Shown here piece after piece: positions 18,354-26,343 of a stretch of DNA of 40,370 bases. The DNA comes from Balneolaceae bacterium (GTDB lineage Bacteria; Bacteroidota; Rhodothermia; Balneolales; Balneolaceae), in NCBI GenBank assembly GCA_035638715.1, contig DASQZL010000110.1, forward strand, positions 1 to 40,370, given 5' to 3'. The notes under the pieces are model-generated. The model was given only the letters and a program-made list of their open reading frames with translations. It made no database searches and had not been told where the DNA came from. Position 1 is the first letter of the stretch; every line of letters begins with the position of its first letter. The translations under genes and the position numbers were made by a program.

Positions 18354-18546
18354 AAAAATTAATTAGTGGGAAAAATTAATAATATGTATAATATAATCGA
18401 GCTAAATTTATTTTTATTATAAAGTTTCTCAAATAAATTTTATCAAATTAAAAGAACAATTAGCCGAGCTAATTTAAATGATATAATATAATTATTTTCC
18501 AGTCCGTCTCGTTCAAAATAGATTTTTAAAAAGACGATATGGAAAA

Positions 18547-19671
18547 TTAAATTTCATTTTTAACTACCCGTCCTCTCCAACGCATTCGTTCGCCCTGCCA
18601 GTAACGTATGGCTGAGGTCCATGTCATGGCCAAAAAAAGTGAAGCTGTAAGAGGAAAAGCTATAGCCCAGGACCAATTTAGGTTGTAATACCAAAGAGTG
18701 GGTAGATAAGTACATAACATAATTAAAACGGTGACCAGCGATGCCCAAAGCAGGTATCCCGAAAATAAAAATACCCCGACAATCGGAAGTACATAGGAAA
18801 AAAACATTAATAACGTACATAATAGCAAAAGTGTGATAGAATAGCTAAGCTGTGTATATGCCGTACGTGCTACCATATTCCATAGCTCGGTTAAACCGGT
18901 ATAGGGGCGTATGCTTTGTGCGGAGTGGGTCAACCCAAGCCATGTCCGATACCCCTGATCTTTCACCTGCCTGGCAAGTGTACAATCGTCAATTAATGTA
19001 TCTTTCAGAGAAGCAAAGCCGCCAATATCATCAAGCACCTGTTTCTTCGTCAATATACATCCTCCCGCGGCTGCAGCTACAAGATCGGAATCAGAATTCG
19101 ATACCCTAAACGGGTACAATAGCTTAAAAAAATATATGAATGCAGGCATCAGTAATTTGTCCCAAAAGCCGGTAAATGTAGGCATAGCCATGAGCGAAAT
19201 AAAAGCATACGGCTCACTTTTCAGTCGCTCTCGCAGGCCGCTAATCACCCCTTGTTTAAGTTTAATATCGGCATCAAGGAGCATGACAAAAGAAGTTTTA
19301 ACGCGTTTCCTACCCTGCTCCAAAGCCCATAATTTACCGCTCCATCCCTGTGGCCGCCGGCTGCCTTTTATGATGGTTAAATGATCGCCGCCAATTTCTT
19401 TTGCAATTCGGGCCGTATCATCATCAGAATTATCATCGATGACCAATATGTTCAAATTTTTTCCCTGTCGACATACTGCAGAAATGGTTTGATTGATGAC
19501 CTCAGACTCATTTCTGGCGGGTATAAGCACGGTTACATCACTTAAATCAACGAGATTACTTTTATCATCGGTTGACTCCCAGCTTTCTTTCGTTCGCCAT
19601 GGCTGCCAGGGAAGCACTAATATGATAACCCAGATGACCAGCGAAACGATTGGCAGTGTTGAGATAAGCAT
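18547..19671 (-). CDS. Membrane-anchored family-2 glycosyltransferase, HpnB/HpnI-like
   Basis: N-terminal TM helix, then the GT2 core VLIPARNE…IDDNSDDDT…LLDADI, then several C-terminal TM helices. This architecture matches hopanoid-associated GT2 enzymes. I cannot decide between HpnB and HpnI by eye. Confidence 0.78.
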   Translation of the reverse strand: MLISTLPIVSLVIWVIILVLPWQPWRTKESWESTDDKSNLVDLSDVTVLIPARNESEVINQTISAVCRQGKNLNILVIDDNSDDDTARIAKEIGGDHLTIIKGSRRPQGWSGKLWALEQGRKRVKTSFVMLLDADIKLKQGVISGLRERLKSEPYAFISLMAMPTFTGFWDKLLMPAFIYFFKLLYPFRVSNSDSDLVAAAAGGCILTKKQVLDDIGGFASLKDTLIDDCTLARQVKDQGYRTWLGLTHSAQSIRPYTGLTELWNMVARTAYTQLSYSITLLLLCTLLMFFSYVLPIVGVFLFSGYLLWASLVTVLIMLCTYLPTLWYYNLNWSWAIAFPLTASLFLAMTWTSAIRYWQGERMRWRGRVVKNEI

Positions 19672-19682
19672 ATAGCAAGTAT

Positions 19683-19726
19683 ATACAAAATAAAAAAGGC
19701 CCGATAAGATTTGTTATCGGGCCTTT
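19683..19726 (-). terminator. Strong rho-independent terminator immediately after hpnH
   Basis: Perfect 13-bp stem AAAGGCCCGATAA (19695-19707) / TTATCGGGCCTTT (19714-19726) with a 6-nt loop. On the minus strand it is followed by TTTTATTTTGTATA. Confidence 0.75.
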
Positions 19727-19740
19727 CAGTAATATTAATT

Positions 19741-20904
19741 TTATGCTATTGCTTCTGCTTCTTTATCCTTCTTTTTTTCTTTTTCTTCGAGTGCCTCTTT
19801 ATAAGCAGTGGGTTTCAGCGGATTAGACTCCTTGGCAAAGTCTTCCCACTCGTATTGACGTGGAATATCAGGAGCCATTTCGCCTTCTGTCTTAGGCCCG
19901 GTAATGGATTTTTTCAGTGCTTTAAGCGGGTGCGAGAAGGCGTCCTCGGCGGCTGTTCCTTCATAACCGCAATGAGCCATGCAATTATCGCACTTTGGAT
20001 TGCGACCGGTGCCCCATTTCTCCCAGTCGGTTTCCTCCATTAATTCTTCGAAGCTTTGAGCATAGCCTTCATTTACCAACAGGTAGCAGGGGCGTTGCCA
20101 TCCGAAAATGTTATAAGTGGGCATACTCCAGGGCGTGCATTGATACTGTTGGTTCCCGGCCAGAAAATCCAGAAACAGGCTGCTGTGATTAAATGACCAC
20201 CTACTGCCCCGCTCTTCTTGTTCCCTGAAAATTTCTCTGAACAGATTTTTCGTTTTATCTCTGCCCAGAAAACTGTCTTGATCGGGAGCAAATTCATAGC
20301 TGTATCCAGGAGAAACATCAATGCCGTCTACGCCAATATCCTCAACAAAATCGAAGAAATCAGCTACCCGTTCAGGTTCTGCATTATCAAACAGGGTGCA
20401 ATTGATATCGACATTAAACCCTCTTCCCTTGGCCATCTTAATTGCCTCAACAGCCCGGTCAAAAACTCCTTCACGCTCTACAGCCTTGTCATGTTCTTTT
20501 CTCAGGCCATCAAGGTGAATGGTGAATGTTAAATAAGGAGAAGGCTCAAAAAGGTCCAGTTTCTTTTTAAGCAGCACGGCATTCGTACATACCGATACAA
20601 ATTTTTTCCGATCGATAATACCCTGAACAATTTTATCAATCTCTTTATGGATAAGCGGTTCTCCGCCGGGAATAGCTACCATAGGCGCCCCGCACTCATC
20701 AACTGCTGACAAGGCATCTTCCACGCTCATGCGTTTTTTCAATATCTCTTTGGGATAAGCAATCTTCCCACACCCGGAACATGACAAATTACACTGGAAC
20801 AAGGGTTCAAGCATCAGTGTCAATGGATACTTATCCTCCCCCTTTAATTTCTTTCCGAGAATGTATTTTGCCATTTTAAACGTTTGCCTGAATGATACAC
20901 CCAT
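19741..20904 (-). CDS. hpnH: Adenosyl-hopene transferase (radical SAM) HpnH
   Basis: Radical-SAM CNLSCSGC (Cx3Cx2C) at 20770..20793. The N-terminal MGVSFRQTFKMAKYILGKKL…YPLTLMLEP and downstream GGEPL are typical of HpnH. Divergent from sqs-shc. Confidence 0.88.
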   Translation of the reverse strand: MGVSFRQTFKMAKYILGKKLKGEDKYPLTLMLEPLFQCNLSCSGCGKIAYPKEILKKRMSVEDALSAVDECGAPMVAIPGGEPLIHKEIDKIVQGIIDRKKFVSVCTNAVLLKKKLDLFEPSPYLTFTIHLDGLRKEHDKAVEREGVFDRAVEAIKMAKGRGFNVDINCTLFDNAEPERVADFFDFVEDIGVDGIDVSPGYSYEFAPDQDSFLGRDKTKNLFREIFREQEERGSRWSFNHSSLFLDFLAGNQQYQCTPWSMPTYNIFGWQRPCYLLVNEGYAQSFEELMEETDWEKWGTGRNPKCDNCMAHCGYEGTAAEDAFSHPLKALKKSITGPKTEGEMAPDIPRQYEWEDFAKESNPLKPTAYKEALEEKEKKKDKEAEAIA

Positions 20905-21423
20905 AGTTTTAAAGTTTTAAATTAGAAAGAATATTTTTTTTTAGCTATTTCCATAACTATTCGTAATTCAAAATCATTCGTGCGCGGAACATTTTTTTTG
21001 ATTTAATCTCAATTAAGATAAGAATTGAAAATTAATTCAAATAATCCTACAATATATATACACACTTAAATTTTCACCTTTTGACATCTATTCCAAATAT
21101 CACCATTTTCCAACCTCTATCAAAATTTTATATTTATTAATAGATAATGAATATATATAACTTGCATTTTTCTCTATATAGCCTATTTTGTTCGCTTTAA
21201 AAGGAGAAATAATTTATAAGTGGAATGGTGTTAAAAAACGAGGGGAACTAATTATTCATAGCAATTAAATATCAGGGATATGTTGGAAAATCAGCAATCA
21301 TCTTTAATGTTGTACGCAAATACATGAGTATAATTTAAAATATCAGTAATTTTCACTGCCAACATGTTATTAATAAAAAGGATTTCATTGTTCATACTAT
21401 AATAGTTTATCATAATTAACTAT

Positions 21424-22542
21424 ATGAAAGATAAAAAAAGCAATAGCAATACAAATACCGTTTCTAAATCCAATGACAAAGATGGTATAAGCAATTTATC
21501 TTATTCATCACAAAGAATTAAAAACTTCCGTGAAAATTATTCCGATACAGAACTCCAGTCTTATTTATTAGAAAACGTATCACGCACTTTTGCTCTTACT
21601 ATACCGGAGCTTCCAGATCCGCTTATTCGTGTTGTTTCTAATGCTTACCTGCTCTGCCGAATTGTGGATACCGTTGAAGATGAGCCAAATTTAACGCTGT
21701 CGCAGAAAGAAAACTTTTGCAGTCGCTTTATAGATGTTGTTTCAGGGACGGAGGACCCGGTACAATTTAGCCGTGACTTGGCTCCTTATCTTTCTAATGA
21801 AACCCTGGAAACGGAAAAAGAGCTAATTCTGTTGACAGACAGGGTCATCAATATCACCCATCAATTTAATGAACGACAGCAAAAAGCGATGGAACGGTGT
21901 ATTCGCATCATGGCAGATGGCATGGCGTTCTTTCAGCAACAGGGTTCAAAGCATGGGTTGCGAAATCTGCAGGATGTTAACAAATACTGCTATTACGTTG
22001 CTGGGGTTGTAGGTGAAATGCTGACGGAACTTTTTTGTATTTATTCCCCTGCGATTAACGAAAATCATGATGAATTGATGGATCTTGCGGTTTCATTTGG
22101 TCAGGGATTGCAAATGACAAACATCCTGAAGGACGTGTGGGAGGATTATGACCGATCGGCGTGCTGGCTACCCAGAAACTATTTTGAAAATGACCTGGCA
22201 AATTTAGAACAGGGAAAATCAACCGAAGATTTTAAAGAAGGTATTGATGAACTGATCGGGGTTACCCATGGACACCTGCAGGATGCAATGAGTTATATTT
22301 TACTCATTCCAGCTGAGGAAAAGGGTATTCGCCGTTTTTGTTATTGGGCTGTCGGAATGGCTATATTAACCATAAAGAAAATTCATAAAAATTTAGAATA
22401 TACAAATGGTGATGAGGTAAAAATTTCGCGGAAAAGTGTAAAAGCAACAATTTTATTTACAAATATTACGGTCGGAAGCAATCGTCTCTTAAAGTTGTTA
22501 TTTGACGCCACCCGCTGGGGGCTTCCTGATCCCAGAAAATAA
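21424..22542 (+). CDS. sqs: Squalene synthase (farnesyl-diphosphate farnesyltransferase, single-enzyme SQS type)
   Basis: SRTFALTI, YLLCRIVDTVEDE (DTVED at 21667..21681), YCYYVAGVVGEMLT and LQMTNILKDVWED parallel the conserved SQS segments. About 45 aa of Ser/Asn/Lys-rich N-terminal extension. Confidence 0.85.
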   Translation: MKDKKSNSNTNTVSKSNDKDGISNLSYSSQRIKNFRENYSDTELQSYLLENVSRTFALTIPELPDPLIRVVSNAYLLCRIVDTVEDEPNLTLSQKENFCSRFIDVVSGTEDPVQFSRDLAPYLSNETLETEKELILLTDRVINITHQFNERQQKAMERCIRIMADGMAFFQQQGSKHGLRNLQDVNKYCYYVAGVVGEMLTELFCIYSPAINENHDELMDLAVSFGQGLQMTNILKDVWEDYDRSACWLPRNYFENDLANLEQGKSTEDFKEGIDELIGVTHGHLQDAMSYILLIPAEEKGIRRFCYWAVGMAILTIKKIHKNLEYTNGDEVKISRKSVKATILFTNITVGSNRLLKLLFDATRWGLPDPRK

Positions 22543-22579
22543 GCTTAACTGTGTTTTAGAACGAAGATCAAACTTTAAA

Positions 22580-25288
22580 ATGGAAAAGAAGCATTCTCCT
22601 AAAAAGGCAACCTCAATAAGCGAAAACAACGATAAGCAAACACATCTCGACCAAGCAATAAAAAAAGCAAGATCTTCCCTCCTTTCTGATCAGCATGAAG
22701 ACGGATATTGGTTTTATGAACTTGAAGCCGACTGCACGATTCCCGCTGAATACATCATGATGATGCACTACATGGATGAAATTGACGAGGAATTGCAGGA
22801 AAAAATTGCTGTCTATTTGCGGCGTCATCAGAATGAAGCCGGCGGGTGGCCCCTTTATTATGGAGGGAAATCCGATTTGAGCTGTTCAGTCAAAGCATAT
22901 TATGCGCTTAAAATGGCCGGAGATGATATTGATGCGCCTCATATGACCAAGGCCAGGGAACTCATTCTTTCCATGGGAGGTGCGGCCAAATCCAATGTTT
23001 TTACACGTATCGCCCTGGCGCTTTTCGAACAAATTCCCTGGCGCGCGGTCCCGTTTATTCCAGTGGAGATTATGACCTTTCCCGACTGGTTTCCTCTCCA
23101 CCTGCAAAAGGTTTCCTACTGGTCAAGAACCGTTATGGTTCCGTTGTTCATTTTATATAGCCTGAGAGCCAAAGCTCGTAATCCGCATAATGTCGGGGTT
23201 CAGGAGCTTTTTTTAGTTCAGCCTGAAAAAGAGGACGACTATTTTAAAATTCGTTCTATGACAAATCGTTTTATTTTTGGCCTTGAACGAATTGGCCTGA
23301 AACTTGAGCCATATATCCCCAACCGCTTCAGAGAACATGCAATAAAGAAAGCGGAAGAGTGGTTTGTGGCTCGCCTCAACGGTGAAGATGGACTTGGAGC
23401 AATTTTTCCAGCGATGGTTAATGCGTATGAAGCCCTCGATTTGCTGGGTTATCCCGAAGATCATCCCCACCGGAAAACTGCTAAAAAAGCACTTCAAAAA
23501 TTATTGGTTGTCAGAGAAGATGAGGCCTATTGTCAGCCCTGCCTGTCTCCCATCTGGGACACCATTTTATCTGCAGGCGCCATACAGGAAACAGGCATCG
23601 CAGACCAGGATCAAGAACAAGCCCTCGTCAATGCAACCGAGTGGCTGGCTAACAAACAGTTAACGGATGAGCCCGGTGACTGGCGAAATGACCGCCCCGA
23701 TTTGCAAGGTGGCAGCTGGCCGTTTCAGTTTCGCAACGATTACTATCCGGATCTTGACGATACGGCATTCGCCGCTTTTGTGTTGCATTCTATCGATTCG
23801 GAGAAGTACAAGGACAATATTTTGCGTGCGGCCCGCTGGCTGAAAGGCATGCAATCCAGTAATGGCGGGTTTGCGGCATTTGAATATGACAACACCTACT
23901 ACTATTTAAACGAGATACCATTTGCAGATCACGGGGCCTTGCTGGACCCTCCTACTGCGGATGTAAGTGCCCGCTGCGCAATGCTTTTCGGTCAACTGGA
24001 AAATGAATATCCGGAGTTTCGTGAGCCGTTAAACCGCTGCCTTGATTATTTATTTGAGGTACAGGAAGAAGATGGTTCCTGGTTTGGACGCTGGGGAACA
24101 AATTATATTTATGGGACCTGGTCGGTACTGATTGCCTGTGAGTCCGCCGACATTCCTCCGGAAGAGCCGGAAATTCAGCGGGCCGTTGCCTGGCTGAAAC
24201 GGAAACAGCGTGAAGACGGCGGCTGGGGAGAGGATAACTGGAGTTACCATGATCCAGAAACCCGTGGTGAAGCAGATCGCAGCACTTCCTTCCAGACAGC
24301 GTGGGCTGTAATGGGACTGATTGCAGCCGGCGAGGTGGACTCTGAAGCTGTCAGAAGGGGTATTGATTTTCTACTGTCAACCCAGGAAGAAGATGGATTC
24401 TGGAGCGATCCGGAATTCACGGCTCCCGGTTTCCCCCGGGTTTTCTATTTGAAATATCACGGGTATACAAAATTCTTTCCACTCTGGGCGCTGGCTAAAT
24501 ATCAACGTAAAATAGATGATGAAAAATTAATCTCCAATGTGCAGGATAAGACGTCCAAAAATAAAATTGGTATTGTCGTAGCCCTCCCCCGTGAATTGCA
24601 GACGCTTGGCAATCATCATAAAGCCGGCAGTGAAATTATTCATCACTCTGAACGGATATTGATCGGACAGTCCGGCGTCGGAGCTAAGAATGCAAAAAAG
24701 GCAGCCGAACGCCTTATCAACCACGGAGCCAATATTTTAATCAGCTGGGGTACGGCTACGGCCCTGACTCCCGATATTGCCCCGGGAACAATAGCAATCC
24801 CGGATAAAGTACTGACTACCGAACAGGATATTTTTGAAACGGACCGTAGGTTGAGAGAACATTTATTCAACGAACTGCCGCTTGATGGTATGTTCGTGCA
24901 CGATACCATTTGTGAAACGGACGAAATACTTGCCAATACATCACAAAAGACGACTTTGGCAGCCCGTACAAACGCCAGGATAGCGGATATGGAGACTGCA
25001 GCTGTTGCCAGAGTAGCCAAAGAACATGATATTCCATTCCTGGCCATTCGATCCGTGTCTGATTCGGCTGAAATGCAGATTCCCCGGGCAATTAAGAATA
25101 ATGTAAATGATGGCACGCCAAACACTTTGGGAATTTTGAGTGATGCAATATTAGAACCGAAAGATTGGTTGCCAATGATCAGCCTTTCTTATAATTTTAA
25201 CAAAGCTCAAAAGTCACTGAGTAAAATGGCTCAAATTATATTACCCTATTTGAATCGCCAGGCAGATAATATAAAACTTCAAAAATAA
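22580..25288 (+). CDS. shc: Squalene-hopene cyclase fused in frame to a C-terminal HpnG-type nucleosidase/phosphorylase domain
   Basis: Start moved to ATG 22580 (MEKKHSPKK), because the ORF-track start at 22502 overlaps the sqs 3' end. The SHC part (22580..~24511) has DGYWFYELE, repeated QW-type motifs and the catalytic DLDDTA at 23750..23767. A 17-aa linker follows. The part from 24563..25285 reads KIGIVVALPRE…GQSGVGAKNAKKAA…LISWGTATAL…ADMETAAVA…FLAIRSVSD, a PNP/UDP-1 nucleosidase fold as in HpnG. There is no stop codon between the two parts. Confidence 0.88.
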   Translation: MEKKHSPKKATSISENNDKQTHLDQAIKKARSSLLSDQHEDGYWFYELEADCTIPAEYIMMMHYMDEIDEELQEKIAVYLRRHQNEAGGWPLYYGGKSDLSCSVKAYYALKMAGDDIDAPHMTKARELILSMGGAAKSNVFTRIALALFEQIPWRAVPFIPVEIMTFPDWFPLHLQKVSYWSRTVMVPLFILYSLRAKARNPHNVGVQELFLVQPEKEDDYFKIRSMTNRFIFGLERIGLKLEPYIPNRFREHAIKKAEEWFVARLNGEDGLGAIFPAMVNAYEALDLLGYPEDHPHRKTAKKALQKLLVVREDEAYCQPCLSPIWDTILSAGAIQETGIADQDQEQALVNATEWLANKQLTDEPGDWRNDRPDLQGGSWPFQFRNDYYPDLDDTAFAAFVLHSIDSEKYKDNILRAARWLKGMQSSNGGFAAFEYDNTYYYLNEIPFADHGALLDPPTADVSARCAMLFGQLENEYPEFREPLNRCLDYLFEVQEEDGSWFGRWGTNYIYGTWSVLIACESADIPPEEPEIQRAVAWLKRKQREDGGWGEDNWSYHDPETRGEADRSTSFQTAWAVMGLIAAGEVDSEAVRRGIDFLLSTQEEDGFWSDPEFTAPGFPRVFYLKYHGYTKFFPLWALAKYQRKIDDEKLISNVQDKTSKNKIGIVVALPRELQTLGNHHKAGSEIIHHSERILIGQSGVGAKNAKKAAERLINHGANILISWGTATALTPDIAPGTIAIPDKVLTTEQDIFETDRRLREHLFNELPLDGMFVHDTICETDEILANTSQKTTLAARTNARIADMETAAVARVAKEHDIPFLAIRSVSDSAEMQIPRAIKNNVNDGTPNTLGILSDAILEPKDWLPMISLSYNFNKAQKSLSKMAQIILPYLNRQADNIKLQK

Positions 25289-25302
25289 CTCTTGCCCCTT
25301 TC

Positions 25303-26304
25303 ATGAACGTAGATGATACGACTCAATCATTAAATAAAGATGTACAGAAACATATAGACCGTATTAATGAACTGATTACTAACGGCGATTTCCAGGATAG
25401 TCCCGATACTTTATATGAACCAATTCGGTATATTTTAAATACCGGTGGCAAGCGCTTGCGACCACTATTGACACTTTTTGGCTGTTACCTTTTTTCTGGT
25501 GAGACTGAGAATGCTTTGATGCCGGGTATAGGTATTGAGCTGTTTCATAACTTTACCTTGATCCACGACGATATCATGGATAATGCCCCCCTGCGGCGTG
25601 GTCAGGAAACGGTTCACCGGAAGTGGAATCAAAATGTCGCCATCCTTTCCGGAGATACCATTTTGTTTAAGGCCTATCATTATCTTATGCAGGTAAATGA
25701 ACCGCTTATAAAGGATGTCATCATGCTTTTTAATGAGTGTGCCATTGATGTCTGTGAAGGACAGCAGTTTGATATGGATTTCGAAAATCGCGAGAGGGTA
25801 AGTGAAGAGGAATATCTGAAAATGATTCGATTAAAAACCGCTGCGGTGCTGGGATTTTCACTTCAGCTTGGAGCTTTAATAGGTGGTGCCAATGTAGAAA
25901 ATACGGAAGCACTTAAAAATTTTGGCATTAATATTGGACTTGGTTTTCAATTGAAAGACGATCTTCTGGATGTCTTCGGAGATTTTGGTAAATTTGGTAA
26001 GCAAGTAGGCGGAGATATAATTGCAAATAAGAAAACATATTTGTTAATTAAAGCAATGGAACTTGCTAATGCAGAACAAAATAAAAAACTTCAAGGGTGG
26101 TTACATGGTGATTTAAGCAACGAAGAAAAAGTAAAACGTGTTACCCAATTATATAAAGAACTCCATATTAGGCAGCTAACCGAACAGAAAATTAGTGAAT
26201 TTTTTGAAATCGCTTTAACTTATTTAAATAAGATCGATTGTCCAGAGCATAGAAAAGAAGAATTAGCTGATTTTTCAAGTTCATTGATAGAACGTGAGAA
26301 CTAA
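25303..26304 (+). CDS. Short-chain trans-polyprenyl diphosphate synthase (FPP/GGPP synthase family)
   Basis: First Asp-rich motif DDIMD at 25567..25581, followed by LRRG. Second motif FQLKDDLLD. Product chain length cannot be read off reliably. Confidence 0.88.
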   Translation: MNVDDTTQSLNKDVQKHIDRINELITNGDFQDSPDTLYEPIRYILNTGGKRLRPLLTLFGCYLFSGETENALMPGIGIELFHNFTLIHDDIMDNAPLRRGQETVHRKWNQNVAILSGDTILFKAYHYLMQVNEPLIKDVIMLFNECAIDVCEGQQFDMDFENRERVSEEEYLKMIRLKTAAVLGFSLQLGALIGGANVENTEALKNFGINIGLGFQLKDDLLDVFGDFGKFGKQVGGDIIANKKTYLLIKAMELANAEQNKKLQGWLHGDLSNEEKVKRVTQLYKELHIRQLTEQKISEFFEIALTYLNKIDCPEHRKEELADFSSSLIEREN

Positions 26305-26343
26305 TTAGAAAAATTTAATGTTAACTAAAAAAAGGTGTTCGTT

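Noticed and set aside
21280-21327. 15-codon mini-ORF (MLENQQSSLMLYANT) in the hpnH/sqs spacer as a possible leader peptide.
   Set aside because: It has no adjacent attenuator structure or ribosome-binding signal that I could see. Such short ORFs are expected by chance in 519 bp.
22502-22579. ORF-track start of the cyclase at 22502 (MTPPAGGFLIPENK…).
   Set aside because: It overlaps the last 41 nt of sqs in another frame, and its translation is not SHC-like. The ATG at 22580 (MEKKHSPKK) gives a normal 37-bp gap.
24643-25125. 160-aa minus-strand ORF antisense to the HpnG domain. Similar antisense ORFs occur at 35126..35569, 36660..36971, 37551..37898 and 39047..39544 within the suf genes, and at 19711..20043 within hpnH.
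   Set aside because: All lie opposite strongly supported coding regions and show skewed Ser/Arg/Ile-rich shadow composition.
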